Assembly: GCA_041640595.1 (NCBI GenBank)
Contig: JBEPZY010000001.1
Location: 256,001 to 320,000, forward strand
Length of the DNA: 64,000 nucleotides
Origin: Gemmatales bacterium
GTDB lineage: Bacteria; Planctomycetota; Planctomycetia; Gemmatales; HRBIN36
Reading direction: 5' to 3'
The position numbers were made by a program, and so were the translations under genes. Below, piece after piece: positions 30,334-41,274 of the stretch; positions within the stretch are counted from its first letter, which is position 1, and every line of letters starts with the position of its first letter. Below the pieces are notes generated by a model. The model searched no databases. It had not been told where the DNA came from and saw nothing but the letters and a program-made list of their open reading frames with translations.

Positions 30334-31953
30334 TCAATGCACCGCACCTTCGACTTTCGGCTTGTCGGCATCTTCGTCAATCCGCGTGACCAGAACTTCC
30401 GTCGTCAGCATCAACCCAGCAATACTGGCAGCGTTTTGCAGGGCAGTGCGGACGACTTTGGTGGGATCAATGATGCCCGCCTTGTACATATCCACATACT
30501 GCCCGGTGTTGACGTCGTAGCCGATATTCGGATTGTCCTGGTCGAGAATCTCCTGAGCGATCACGGCACCGTCGCGGCCGGCGTTTTCGACCAGGGTTCG
30601 GATCGGCTGTTCCAGGGCCCGCAAAACGATCTCAGCTCCGTATTTTTCGTCGCCCTCGAGTTTCTTAGCCAGCTTCTGCACCGCCTCCTTGCAGCGGAGC
30701 AAAGCGACACCGCCACCGGGGAGAATACCTTCTTCGACGGCGGCACGGGTCGCATGCAGCGCATCTTCGACGCGTGCCTTGCGCTCTTTCATCTCGGCTT
30801 CCGTGGCCGCACCTACCTTGATGATGGCCACGCCACCAGTCAGTTTCGCCAGCCGTTCGCTGAATTTTTCCTTGTCGTATTCGCTTTCCGTCTGCTCCAT
30901 CTGGGTGCGAATCTGCTCAATGCGTTTCTGAATCTCCTGCTTCTTGCCTTTGCCGCCGATGATGGTGCAGCTTTCCTTTTCGACGCGGACACGTTCGCAC
31001 TGGCCGAGTTGCCGCGTCGTGACGTTCTCCAGTTTGATGCCCAGGTCTTCACTGATCAGTTGGCCGCCGGTCAGCACGGCGATGTCGCCGAGGATGGCTT
31101 TGCGCCGATCCCCGAAACCGGGAGCCTTGACGGCGCAGCATTGCAACACGCCGCGGAGTTTGTTCACCACCAGCGTGGCCAGTGCCTCGCCTTCCACGTC
31201 TTCAGCAATAATCAGCAACGCCCGACCTTCTTGGGCGACACGCTCCAGAAGCGGCACAATATCGCGGACGTTGCTAATCTTTTTCTCGTAAATCAGGATG
31301 TACGGATTCTCCAGCTCACAACGCATCGTGGACGGGTCAGTGATGAAGTACGGCGAAATATAGCCCTTATCGAACTGCATGCCCTCCACGAATTCCACCG
31401 TGGTTTCGGCGGTCTTGCCCTCTTCCACTTGGATGACGCCATCCTTGCCGACACGCTCGACCGCGTCGGCGAGCATTTTGCCGATGGTCATGTCGTTGTT
31501 GGCGCTGATGGCACCTACCTGGGCGATTTCCTCTTTGCTGGTCACCTTGCGGGACATCTTTTCGAGCTGGCTCACCGCCGCTTCCACGGCTTGCTCAATG
31601 CCCCGCTTAATTCCCATCGGATTAGCACCGGCGGTGGTGTGTTTGAGACCTTCCTTGTAGATTGCCGCAGCCAGGACAGTCGCAGTGGTGGTGCCATCGC
31701 CAGCGACATCGCTGGTTTTCTGAGCGACGGCGTTGACCAGCTTGGCGCCCATGTTCTCAAAAGGATCGGGCAGATCAATTTCCTTGCTCACAGTCACGCC
31801 GTCTTTGGTCACCGTCGGGTTGCCGAAGGTTTTTTCGAGGATGACGTTGTGCCCAGCTGGGCCGAGGGTGCAACCGACCGCTTTGGCCAGTTTCTCAGCA
31901 CCAGCGAGCAGTTTTTTGCGTGCATCGTCAGTGAACATCAGTTGCTTGGCCAT
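30334..31953 (-). CDS. groEL: Chaperonin GroEL (second copy)
   Basis: [34 protein letters not shown]; no GGM tail. Confidence 0.97.
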   Translation of the reverse strand: MAKQLMFTDDARKKLLAGAEKLAKAVGCTLGPAGHNVILEKTFGNPTVTKDGVTVSKEIDLPDPFENMGAKLVNAVAQKTSDVAGDGTTTATVLAAAIYKEGLKHTTAGANPMGIKRGIEQAVEAAVSQLEKMSRKVTSKEEIAQVGAISANNDMTIGKMLADAVERVGKDGVIQVEEGKTAETTVEFVEGMQFDKGYISPYFITDPSTMRCELENPYILIYEKKISNVRDIVPLLERVAQEGRALLIIAEDVEGEALATLVVNKLRGVLQCCAVKAPGFGDRRKAILGDIAVLTGGQLISEDLGIKLENVTTRQLGQCERVRVEKESCTIIGGKGKKQEIQKRIEQIRTQMEQTESEYDKEKFSERLAKLTGGVAIIKVGAATEAEMKERKARVEDALHATRAAVEEGILPGGGVALLRCKEAVQKLAKKLEGDEKYGAEIVLRALEQPIRTLVENAGRDGAVIAQEILDQDNPNIGYDVNTGQYVDMYKAGIIDPTKVVRTALQNAASIAGLMLTTEVLVTRIDEDADKPKVEGAVH

Positions 31954-32069
31954 GTCTCACTCCTCGTTTGCATATCCTTTGTAATGGGAAAGCCCGACCC
32001 ATTCCGGGTCGGATTCGTTCACCGTGCCAGAAGTTGCTTATTGGCTCCGGGTGGCCAGCGAAAGCACTC

Positions 32070-32360
32070 TCATTTGATGACCTTGGCCAGGATGTCGCTT
32101 TCCCGCATAATCTTGTATTCGTTGCCGTTGATCTTGACATCGCTGCCGGCGTATTTGCTGAAGATCACTTCATCGCCGACGGCGACGTTCATGGCGGCGC
32201 GGCTGCCGTCGTCCAGTAGTTTGCCTGGACCGACCGCGACCACTTTGCCCCGTTGCGGTTTTTCCTGGGCAGTATCGGGGAGAACAATCCCGCCGGGAGT
32301 TCGCTCTTCCGATTTCAGCGGTTCAATCACCACCCGATCATCCAATGGCCGCAGTTTCAT
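32070..32360 (-). CDS. groES: Co-chaperonin GroES
   Basis: [29 protein letters not shown]. Confidence 0.97.
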   Translation of the reverse strand: MKLRPLDDRVVIEPLKSEERTPGGIVLPDTAQEKPQRGKVVAVGPGKLLDDGSRAAMNVAVGDEVIFSKYAGSDVKINGNEYKIMRESDILAKVIK

Positions 32361-32483
32361 AGGCTCTTTCCTCCTTTCGTGTATTCGTGCACCGTTTCCA
32401 GGGTGTCTGCATTTATCCCGTCAGAGCTAGCCAAATGGGCCTGGGCTCCTTTTACCCGTTATGACGCCACCGTTTCGTGCGGA

Positions 32484-34115
32484 CTAGAACTCATCCATGT
32501 GCTCGTCGTGATGCGGTTCTTCCTTTTCCTTCTTGGGGATGTCCGCAACGAGCGTTTCGGTGGTCAAGAGCAAGCAGGCGACACTGGCGCCGTTCTGCAG
32601 TGCCGAGCGTGTGACCTTGACCGGGTCAACAATGCCTGCCTTGCGCAGGTCGGTGTATTTCAGTTCCAGGGCATCAAAGCCCCAGGTCTTTTCCTTGGCC
32701 TTGCGGACGGCATTGACGACCACAGAGCCATCGAGGCCAGCATTTTCAGCAATCGCCCGGCAGGGCACCTCCAGCACCTCTTTCAGCAGCTCGACGCCGA
32801 CCTGTTCGTCGCCCTCCAGTTGCAGTTTGTCCAGAGCACGGGCCGCATGCACTAACGCCACCCCACCGCCAGGAACAATGCCCTCGGCGATAGCGGCGCG
32901 AGTAGCGGCGAGGGCGTCTTCATACAACGCCTTCCGCTCCTTCATTTCCGTCTCGGTAGCAGCACCCACTTTGATCACAGCCACACCGCCGGACAACTTC
33001 GCCAATCGCTCCTGCAACTTTTCGCGATCGTACTCGCTATCGGTCTTTTCAATCTCCTGGCGGATCTGCTGGCAACGTCCTTCGATGGCCTCTCGTTTGC
33101 CCGCCCCTTCAATGATGGTGGTGTTCTCAGCATCTACGCGGACTTTCTTGGCCTGACCGAGGTCGGTCAGCTTGACGTTCTCCAGCTGGATGCCCAGGTC
33201 TTTGAAAATCGCTTTGCCGCCGGTCAGAATGGCGATGTCTTCGAGCATGGCCTTACGCCGATCGCCGTAACCGGGGGCCTTCACCGCGCAGCATTCGACA
33301 ATGCCACGCAGTTTGTTCACCACCAGCGTCGCCAGCGCTTCGCCTTCGACATCTTCGGCGATAATCAGCAATGGTCGCTTGGCTTTCGATACCGCTTCCA
33401 AGAGCGGCACCAGAGCGCGGGCGCTGGAAATCTTGTCCTCGTAAATGAGGATGTACGGTTTCTCCAGTTCGCAAACGACTTCCTCCTGGTTGGTAACAAA
33501 GTGCGGCGACAGGTAACCGCGGTCAAACTGCATACCTTCCACCCATTCCACTTCGGTGGTGATTCCTTTGCCCTCCTCGATAGTGATAACGCCGTCGGCT
33601 CCAACGCGTTCCAGTGCCTCGGCAATGCGCTCGCCGATTTCGCTGTTGTTGTTGGCGGCGATGGTGGCCACCTCGCGGATTTCCTTTTTGTTTTTGACGT
33701 CAATCTTCTCGGCCATTTTGCGGAGTTCGGCGACGACCGCGTCCACGGCCTTGTGAATCCCGCGGCTCATGGCCATGGGATCTACGCCAGCGCTGATGCG
33801 GCGCAGTCCCTCACGGAAAATTGCCTCGGCCAGGACCGTCGCAGTGGTGGTACCGTCGCCGGCAACGTCGCTGGTCTTGCTTGCCGCTTCCTTGACCAGC
33901 TGGGCACCCATGTTTTCATAGGGGTCTTCCAGTTCGATATCCTCAGCTACGGTGACGCCGTCTTTGGTAATGTTGGGCGCACCCCAACCTTTATCAAGCA
34001 CAGCATTGCGTCCGCGCGGGCCAAGTGTGCATTTCACTGCTCGCGCCAGTTTCGACGCGCCACTCAAAAGCTTTTGTCGTGCTTCATCTCCGTAGGCCAG
34101 TTGCTTGGCACCCAT
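32484..34115 (-). CDS. groEL: Chaperonin GroEL (first copy, His-containing C-terminus)
   Basis: [26 protein letters not shown]; ends [11 protein letters not shown]. Confidence 0.97.
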   Translation of the reverse strand: MGAKQLAYGDEARQKLLSGASKLARAVKCTLGPRGRNAVLDKGWGAPNITKDGVTVAEDIELEDPYENMGAQLVKEAASKTSDVAGDGTTTATVLAEAIFREGLRRISAGVDPMAMSRGIHKAVDAVVAELRKMAEKIDVKNKKEIREVATIAANNNSEIGERIAEALERVGADGVITIEEGKGITTEVEWVEGMQFDRGYLSPHFVTNQEEVVCELEKPYILIYEDKISSARALVPLLEAVSKAKRPLLIIAEDVEGEALATLVVNKLRGIVECCAVKAPGYGDRRKAMLEDIAILTGGKAIFKDLGIQLENVKLTDLGQAKKVRVDAENTTIIEGAGKREAIEGRCQQIRQEIEKTDSEYDREKLQERLAKLSGGVAVIKVGAATETEMKERKALYEDALAATRAAIAEGIVPGGGVALVHAARALDKLQLEGDEQVGVELLKEVLEVPCRAIAENAGLDGSVVVNAVRKAKEKTWGFDALELKYTDLRKAGIVDPVKVTRSALQNGASVACLLLTTETLVADIPKKEKEEPHHDEHMDEF

Positions 34116-34208
34116 TCGTCTGCCTCCTCTGAGAATTTCACCGTAGGCAAAGCAGGACGGAATCTAACGTTGGCTATCTGGGGCGATGGAAAAGCAGTGC
34201 GCCCAATG

Positions 34209-34226
34209 TGCAACGTACATGCCGGG
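34209..34226 (-). promoter_or_regulatory. Putative sigma54 -24/-12 promoter of the chaperone operon
   Basis: Minus strand CCC-GG-CATGTACGTT-GC-A, i.e. GG-N10-GC with TTGCA. Confidence 0.55.
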
Positions 34227-34412
34227 AACAATCTTCGACATAAGTCCAAGAAATTTCAGTCGTTATGGAACATCGTCAACAACAGCCCCGAGCATTGTGC
34301 CTGCCAAGTTGACAGGCGGAAACCGGTTCCGTGCCGATTTGGAAATGGCCATCGTCGTGGCCGGTGTTCGGCCCACCAGAAGCAAGGGCTTCAAGAGAGT
34401 TTGTCTTTGCAC

Positions 34413-34440
34413 TTGACGCTAAGGAACCATACACTATAGT
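34413..34440 (+). promoter_or_regulatory. Putative sigma70 promoter of the DUF1559 gene
   Basis: TTGACG-N16-TATAGT in AT-rich intergenic DNA. Confidence 0.5.
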
Positions 34441-34763
34441 GACGATTTAGATAGTAATGATGACTAATTTGCAAAACAATTTTGCTGGGCTGGATTTTCA
34501 GCACTGCTCCGGATTCGGGCGGGGAAGGCACCGAGCAAACGAATTGAGAAACCCAAGCTAAAAAAGCTACGGAATGCAATCCTGTGGCCTTTTAGTGGCC
34601 CTTCAGGGCCAAAGGAAACAGACGCGGTAAACAGTCCGGCATTCCCTTCAAACCTACGCAATAGGAGCGAACTATGCGCGAAACCATTGGGATAAGCTGC
34701 ATCAGATTGGTCGAAGGCAATTACCGGAAAGTCTGGCCCATCTACACAAGAAAGGAGGAACCC

Positions 34764-35822
34764 GTGCAGATCTCACGCTTTCGCTTGCTGCCCGTCGGTT
34801 CTCCGAAACTGTCGGGGCGGACTCGCGCCCGTGTCGCAGCATTCACGCTGGTTGAGCTGCTGGTGGTCATTGCCATCATCGGGCTGCTGATGGCCCTATT
34901 GCTACCGGCCATCCAGCGGGTGCGCGAAGCCGCCAATCGGATGCGTTGCGCCAGTAACCTTTCCCAGATTGCGCTGGCTTTTCACAACCACCATAACGAC
35001 TTTAACTATTTCCCCACGGGCGGTCTTTCCGTGAGCGACGGTAACGATGTGGTCGGTCAGAATTACGCAGTGGACTTCAAAGACGCTTCCGGGTCGCCGG
35101 TTCCGCGCACCTGGGCGGGTGGATACGCTCCAGCTGTAGGGGCGGATCAAGCCTGGGGCTGGGCGTATCAAATCCTGCCGTATATCGAGCAGACGGCATT
35201 GTATCGCAATGCGGACGATAACGCAGTGCGGCAGACGCCAATTCCGCTGTACTTCTGCCCAGCCCGTCGTCGGCCGGGAGTGGACATCAACGGTTGGGCA
35301 CAGATCGACTATGCCGGGAGCGCCGGTGCCTATGAGGAGGATTCGCAATGGTTTGCCCCGGCGGGTTGGTCCCGGCCGACGATCCGTCATTCCAGCGGCG
35401 TGATCGTTTCACGGGCACCGAGCGAACCTCCGAGTATTCGCCGGGTTGTGGATTTGGAAAGCGGCATTCCGGATGGCACCTCAAACACCATTTTGGCCGG
35501 AGAAAAGTATCTCCGCCGATTCCAGTACAACATGGCGCCGCCCGAGGACAACGACAGCTTCATTGCTGGATTTGTCAACGATGTGGTTCGCTGGGCGCGT
35601 GCACCGCAACTGAATGAAGCCCAGCCTTTCCCGGACGGCAAGTTATACGGCTCGGACGCCAACCACCCGCGGCGCTTCGGCAGCGCGCATCGCTCGGGAG
35701 CCAATTTCGTCTTTGCCGATCGCTCGGTTCGTCTCGTTCGTCATGGCGCGGATCCGGCAATCTTCTATCTGCTGGCTATCCGCTTTGATCACCTTGCCGT
35801 GGACCCGGCCAAAGTGCAGTAA
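34764..35822 (+). CDS. DUF1559 prepilin-type N-terminal cleavage/methylation protein
   Basis: GTG 34764 after AAGGAGG; AFTLVELLVVIAIIGLLMALLLPAIQRVREAA, DGTSNT, SAHRSGANFVFAD (H-X9-DG-like). Confidence 0.92.
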   Translation: MQISRFRLLPVGSPKLSGRTRARVAAFTLVELLVVIAIIGLLMALLLPAIQRVREAANRMRCASNLSQIALAFHNHHNDFNYFPTGGLSVSDGNDVVGQNYAVDFKDASGSPVPRTWAGGYAPAVGADQAWGWAYQILPYIEQTALYRNADDNAVRQTPIPLYFCPARRRPGVDINGWAQIDYAGSAGAYEEDSQWFAPAGWSRPTIRHSSGVIVSRAPSEPPSIRRVVDLESGIPDGTSNTILAGEKYLRRFQYNMAPPEDNDSFIAGFVNDVVRWARAPQLNEAQPFPDGKLYGSDANHPRRFGSAHRSGANFVFADRSVRLVRHGADPAIFYLLAIRFDHLAVDPAKVQ

Positions 35823-35906
35823 GCAACACAAGCGCCGGCCGTGGGCACCAGGACGGCAGGGCAAGCGCTCAGTGTCCCGCCATCGTCAAGCGAATCCCCC
35901 GCTGCC

Positions 35907-37673
35907 TCAACTCCGGGCTTTTTCCGGTGAAATCTCGACCTCAGACGCGGGGGATTCGCTGTACAAGGCGTCCAGCAAAGGGCGATACTTATTCAGCACA
36001 AACTGACGGCGGATTTTCAGGCTGACAGTCAGTTCCTCAGCTTCGACGCGAAACGGCTGCGGCAACAGGACGAATTTGCGAATCTGCTCCCAGGGGGGCT
36101 GGTGAACCAGCAGGCGGTCCAATTCCTGGCGGAAGAACTGCTGCACTTCCGGATGCTGAACCAGTTGCTCTGGGGGTAACTCCATAAGGCCGTGCTGCTG
36201 GCCGAGTTGTTGGAGAGTGTCGCGGCTGGGAACAATCAGGGCCGTGAGATAGTTCTTGCCGTCGCCGTGGATCACGGCCTGTTCGATATGCGGACTGGCC
36301 ACCAGCAGACTTTCCAGCTCGGTCGGAACAACCTTCTTGCCATTGGAGAGGACGAGTAAGTCCTTTTTGCGACCGGTAACGGTCAGAAAGCCGTCGGCAT
36401 CGAGAAAACCCAGGTCGCCGGTGTGGAACCAGCCGTCGGCCAGGGCTTGCTGGGTCGCTTCGGGATTGCGCCAGTATCCGGGAGTAACATTTGGCCCGCG
36501 TACCAGGATTTCGCCATCTGCAGCAATGCGGATTTCCACGCCGGGTACTGCCTGGCCGACCGTGCCAATTTTGTTTTTGCCCAGACGATTGAAGCTGACC
36601 ACGGGAGAAGTTTCGGTCAATCCATAACCCTGCAGAAGTGGCAAACCCGCATCCCAGTACGCCTGGGCTACGTGCACCGGTAAGGGAGCACCGCCGGAAT
36701 TGAGCCGTTCGATTCGCGGGCCGAAAATGCTGCGAAGTCGGCGGCGCTGTTTTTCCTGGTCAGTATCCCGGCAGGCCGCCAGGATTTTCTCGTACACCCG
36801 CGGCACGGCAGCAAATGAGGTCGGTTGCACCTGTCGCAGGTCCTCGACAATGTTGTCCACGGACTCGGCCAGCACAAGCAAAAACCCTCCGGCCAGGCTC
36901 AGATAGTAGTCCACCAGCCGACCGTAAATGTGGCTATATGGCAGCCAGCTAAGCACTACCGTGTGCGGCCCCAAGCTCACCGATTCGAGCATGGCCAAGG
37001 CGTTGCTCAGCAGATTCCCGTGGGTCAGCATCACTCCCTTGCAATCGCCGGTAGTCCCCGAGGTGTACATGATGGTTGCGAGGCTATCACGGGAGAGCTC
37101 GGCGATGCGGCGAGCCAGTTCGGAGAAAAAACGCGAGCGTTGTTGCCAGCCGCGACTTACCAGCACCGACCAGCGCTGGGCATGTGGCGAGGGGAAATCG
37201 GTCAAGGCCCAGATTTTCCTTGGCGGTTGCGACTGGCTGGCCCAGTGGGCGAGTGCAGCAGCTTTTGCGGCATCGCTCACGAATACCAGCCGCACCTCGG
37301 CATGATCGAACTGGGCAATCACCTGTTTTGCCGGAAGCGGTGCATGGGCCGGGACACACACGCCGCCCACCGCAAGAATAGCCAGATCAGCCAGCAACCA
37401 TTCCGGACGATTCTCCGACCACAAGCCGATGCGGTCGCCTGGAGCAACTCCTTCGCCCAGCAAAGCTGCCGCCAACGCCAGCATGCGTTCGCTAAAATCT
37501 TCCCACGACCAATTCTGCCACCAACCGTGTTGCTTCCAGCGAACAGCGGGGCGAGGCCCCAGGCGTTCGGCTTGTTGCAAAAGCAGCGCCGGGATGCTGG
37601 TCACCAGGTTCAACGCAGGCATTGGCCTGGCGGGCGGAGCACCAGAAGTTACGGCCGAAATGGAGGCGGTCAT
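35907..37673 (-). CDS. AMP-dependent long-chain fatty acid-CoA ligase
   Basis: YTSGTTGDCKG, LPYSHIY, QGYGLTET, WFHTGDLG, GRKKD. Confidence 0.92.
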   Translation of the reverse strand: MTASISAVTSGAPPARPMPALNLVTSIPALLLQQAERLGPRPAVRWKQHGWWQNWSWEDFSERMLALAAALLGEGVAPGDRIGLWSENRPEWLLADLAILAVGGVCVPAHAPLPAKQVIAQFDHAEVRLVFVSDAAKAAALAHWASQSQPPRKIWALTDFPSPHAQRWSVLVSRGWQQRSRFFSELARRIAELSRDSLATIMYTSGTTGDCKGVMLTHGNLLSNALAMLESVSLGPHTVVLSWLPYSHIYGRLVDYYLSLAGGFLLVLAESVDNIVEDLRQVQPTSFAAVPRVYEKILAACRDTDQEKQRRRLRSIFGPRIERLNSGGAPLPVHVAQAYWDAGLPLLQGYGLTETSPVVSFNRLGKNKIGTVGQAVPGVEIRIAADGEILVRGPNVTPGYWRNPEATQQALADGWFHTGDLGFLDADGFLTVTGRKKDLLVLSNGKKVVPTELESLLVASPHIEQAVIHGDGKNYLTALIVPSRDTLQQLGQQHGLMELPPEQLVQHPEVQQFFRQELDRLLVHQPPWEQIRKFVLLPQPFRVEAEELTVSLKIRRQFVLNKYRPLLDALYSESPASEVEISPEKARS

Positions 37674-39508
37674 GGTTCGGCTCCGGAAGTCTCCCGAACC
37701 TGGAATTCGAGTTTCCAGCGTTGCTTCGGTTCACGTCCCAGACACCAGAGTTCCAACGTACCGATAGGCGTGACATGGCTGTGCAACCGCACCGGTACGA
37801 CTTTCCCTTCCAGACCGGGGGCCTGCAAAGTAACCTCCAGCGGATCGAGTTCCTGCAGCTCCTGCTCGTCCCACTCGTCCAGCACCGTGCCGATGGTGTC
37901 TTTGCGACGCACACTGGAACCGAAAAAGCGGAATCGAGCCGGCACCCCGACTACCAGGCCAAATTCCTGTCCCGGCACATCTGCTTCGGTTCCTTCTTCC
38001 ATGCCGAAAGGAGCAACGCAAACGGCTTTGACGGGCGGAGGCATACCCGGAACTGCCGGGAGATTGACCGCCACGCCGATGTAGTAAGCCCGAGCTGTCC
38101 CGCCGCGGATACGGATACCGCGACCCCGTCGTACCATGCCGTAACAGGCCGCGCCGCGAGCCACCGCCAGGTCGAGATCGGTTCCGGTCAGGACACGGAC
38201 AGGTTTGGCACCGAGTTGTTGTGCCCAACTGTTGAGGACCTGCACCAGGCGATCGACCAAAGGCTGTGCTTTGAACACGCCGCCATTGAACAGCACCGCG
38301 GTCGGAAAAGCGGCAGAATCGCGGCCTTCTTGTCTTTCCGACATGGCCGACTGATGCCGACGCAGGAAACTGGCCAGGTGCCGCGTGATCGCCGCATCGC
38401 TGGCGTATGGCAGCCCCAGTTCCTGAAAGCCGATGGCTGCCGATCGTTTCACCTCCGCGTCAAAGTCAACATGGGGGAAAAAGCCTTCGAGTAACACCTC
38501 CCGCAACTCTTCCTGGGTCAATTCCGCGGTCAGCGTCCCGCCAATCACTCGGCTGCCGCGACCAAGAATGGTTACCGGGACTGCCGGAAGTTGCGAGTCG
38601 GAGAATAACTTTTCCTTGGCCTGTCGGCAAGCGTAGGCCAGCTGGCGAAACTGACCGAAATCGAGTCGCACACCCTGCCGTGCGAATTTCTGTTGCAGAT
38701 AGTGAGCCAGGGCCAGGTCCATGTTGTCGCCACCCAGCAGAATGTGGTCGCCCACGGCCAAGCGGTCGAGCACGAGATTGCCGGATTCCTCACCCACAGC
38801 GATCAGGGTGAAGTCGGTGGTACCGCCGCCCACGTCGCACACCAGGATGCAATCGCCGACTCGTACCTGCTTGCGCCAGTCCGGGTGCGTGTGAATCCAG
38901 GCGTAGAAAGCGGCTTGCGGTTCTTCCAGCAGGGTCAACTGTTCCAGACCCACGGCCCGAGCGGCTTCCACGGTCAGGTCGCGAGCCGATGCATCAAACG
39001 ATGCCGGCACGGTCAAAACCACATCCTGGGCGATCAGCGGTTCCTCGCCGAAACGTTCCCGCTGACGAAACTGCCAGGCTTCGATGAGATGTTGTAAATA
39101 GCGGCTACTGGCTTCCACCGGCGAAACGCGACGGACTCCTTCGGGGGCTTGCCAGGGCAAGATCGGCGCTCGCCTGTCCACACCGACATGAACCAGCCAC
39201 GACTTCGCCGAACTGACCAACCGCGTCGGCACCCGCGAGCCCAGCTGTCGCGCCAGTTCACCGACCGCATAATCACGCCGCGGGTCCCAGGGCAGTTGTA
39301 GACTTCCTGCTGGCAGTTCACCTTCCGTAGGCAGGTACAGAAACGACGGCAACAACGTCCGGTCCTCCACGACGCCTAGCTCCACCAGTTGCGGGATCGG
39401 CAAATTTTCCACCGCGAACGTATCTGCTTCTGGTTCGATAGCAGTATCTGTCCAGGCCAGTGCACAATTGGTCGTGCCGAGATCAATCCCTACGGCAAAT
39501 CGGCTCAT
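37670..39508 (-). CDS. Atypical Hsp70/DnaK-family protein
   Basis: GIDLGTTN, TVPASFD, EEPQAA, DVGGGTTD, LGGDNMD. Confidence 0.92.
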   Translation of the reverse strand: MSRFAVGIDLGTTNCALAWTDTAIEPEADTFAVENLPIPQLVELGVVEDRTLLPSFLYLPTEGELPAGSLQLPWDPRRDYAVGELARQLGSRVPTRLVSSAKSWLVHVGVDRRAPILPWQAPEGVRRVSPVEASSRYLQHLIEAWQFRQRERFGEEPLIAQDVVLTVPASFDASARDLTVEAARAVGLEQLTLLEEPQAAFYAWIHTHPDWRKQVRVGDCILVCDVGGGTTDFTLIAVGEESGNLVLDRLAVGDHILLGGDNMDLALAHYLQQKFARQGVRLDFGQFRQLAYACRQAKEKLFSDSQLPAVPVTILGRGSRVIGGTLTAELTQEELREVLLEGFFPHVDFDAEVKRSAAIGFQELGLPYASDAAITRHLASFLRRHQSAMSERQEGRDSAAFPTAVLFNGGVFKAQPLVDRLVQVLNSWAQQLGAKPVRVLTGTDLDLAVARGAACYGMVRRGRGIRIRGGTARAYYIGVAVNLPAVPGMPPPVKAVCVAPFGMEEGTEADVPGQEFGLVVGVPARFRFFGSSVRRKDTIGTVLDEWDEQELQELDPLEVTLQAPGLEGKVVPVRLHSHVTPIGTLELWCLGREPKQRWKLEFQVRETSGAEP

Positions 39509-40005
39509 GCGACCTCCACCTCCGCCGGCATCACCACCCGCAGGTCCTGCCCTTCCGGTGCGGCCGGTAACCGTAATTCACGCACACGCCAGCCCGGATG
39601 CTTCACCGTACCGCGAAACGGCGGCTGACCGCTCACCGCTCCGCTCAACCGGATCGCCGACGGGTCGAAACCGGCTTCCACAGTGACTTCTTCTCCTTCC
39701 TCCTTGGGCAAAACCTTTTCAAGCACCATCATTTTTTCCAGGGCTTCGCGGCACTTGCGGTGAATTTCACGCACGGCTGCTCCGATCTGGGCGTCGCTGT
39801 AGGCGTCTATGGGTTCCAGCAGGAAGTCCAGGAGTCGCCCCTCACGTTGCAATACCGCTAGCAAACGCAGCGCGGGGGCAAGGTCGTCCGAAGGTTTCGT
39901 AGCTGGCGAAACCCGGCTGCGCAGCCACCAGCCGATAGTCCCCCCCACTAAGAATCCTGCCAATCCCGCCAGGGCAATCCACCAAACGGCCACACCGTCC
40001 GGCAT
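39505..40005 (-). CDS. DUF2760-domain membrane-anchored protein
   Basis: N-terminal TM; LQREGRLLDFL..DAQIGAAVR..FDPSAIRL..HPGW..PAEVEV. Confidence 0.85.
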   Translation of the reverse strand: MPDGVAVWWIALAGLAGFLVGGTIGWWLRSRVSPATKPSDDLAPALRLLAVLQREGRLLDFLLEPIDAYSDAQIGAAVREIHRKCREALEKMMVLEKVLPKEEGEEVTVEAGFDPSAIRLSGAVSGQPPFRGTVKHPGWRVRELRLPAAPEGQDLRVVMPAEVEVA

Positions 40006-40020
40006 GATTGGTTTTCCTCC

Positions 40021-40110
40021 TGCTCGACAGTTCGCCTATCCGAGTCCGCTTGTTCGACAGTTCGCCTGTCCGGATCCGCCTGTTCGACGGTTCGCCTATC
40101 CAAATCCGCG
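40021..40110. repeat. Three tandem 30-bp repeats
   Basis: tgYtcgacRgttcgcctRtcc..tccgc at 40021, 40051, 40081. Confidence 0.8.
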
Positions 40111-41274
40111 ATATCTCTCGTTCCCGACCGAGTCCGCGATTTTGCTCGTCTGCCAACCGCTCTCCAAAAGCATACGCAGCCACCTCGGCACAGCCCAGCC
40201 GCCCCGCATCCAACCGTAATCGAACCGAGGTGCATGTTAGACTGGCTTGCCGATGTGCAAAACCAGCACCTGTCTGACACACGTTATGGTGCTTGCGGGG
40301 CACGCTGGATGGAACTTGTCGCGGATAAGCTCGGCGGCGCTGGAGCGGAAATCCATGACTCTGACCTCCACAGGGACGCTGGATGGAACTTTTCACGAAC
40401 AAGCTCGGCGGGGCTGTCCAGCTCATGGTTAGGCATAATGCAATCCCGCAACAAACAAACAGCGAACCTGGCACGAAATAACGAAGTTACCTGCCTGGGT
40501 CGAGACAATTTTGCCCTGTCGAAAACACGGCTGGCTCTGGGCGAAAACTAGCGGCGAACGGCGTGGGCCAGTAACCACAGAGCCGCTTCATTGCCCAATC
40601 GCCACTTCCGCCGCGCCCTCAATTGCAGGTGACAAGGCATTGCCTGGCTGGGCCCAATCTCGTTGAGCGCCGGGCCGCAACTGGAACCGAGTGAACTGGC
40701 CGGGCTTTTCGGCTGCGAAGACGGGGGCAACACCTGCTGGGCTAATTCCAGGCCCATCCTGGTTACAGCTTAGAGCAAATGCGTCCTTGCGTCCGAAGCA
40801 ATTTTCTCCGCATCCGATTGCATCATGGTTACAGCCAAGAGCAAATGGGTTCCTTCCATGGCCGAGCATCGTAGCTCATCCCGCTTCGTGGTGGTTCCAT
40901 CAGAAGCTGTCGTGGTCGTGTCCCACGACCGAGCATCCTAAATCCTCTCGCCCGGCGCGAAGCTCTTTTCGACAGAGCAAGAGGGTTCCAGCCCCATGCC
41001 CGACCGGTACTGGTATAACTCCAATGCCGGAATAATGTTAGTCGTGGTGGGGAATATTTGCGGGCAGCGGGGACAGTGTCACTGGTCGGCCCTGATAACA
41101 GGGTGCTGCTTCCGGAATGATTCTACTCCGGTCCGGCGCCCTCCAATGGGCGCTGGAGGCTCCGCCCTGGTGACAGGATGCTGCCTCCTGATGATTCAAC
41201 GGCTGATCACCCGAACCTGGATGGAAAACGATCTGTTCAACACTGGCCAGCGCACGAACATGGAGTGAATCACC

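Noticed and set aside
30337..34439. Long plus-strand ORFs opposite groEL/groES (and similar antisense ORFs such as 10738-12486 and 3900-5177)
   Set aside because: Shadow frames of high-GC conserved genes on the other strand; no motifs.
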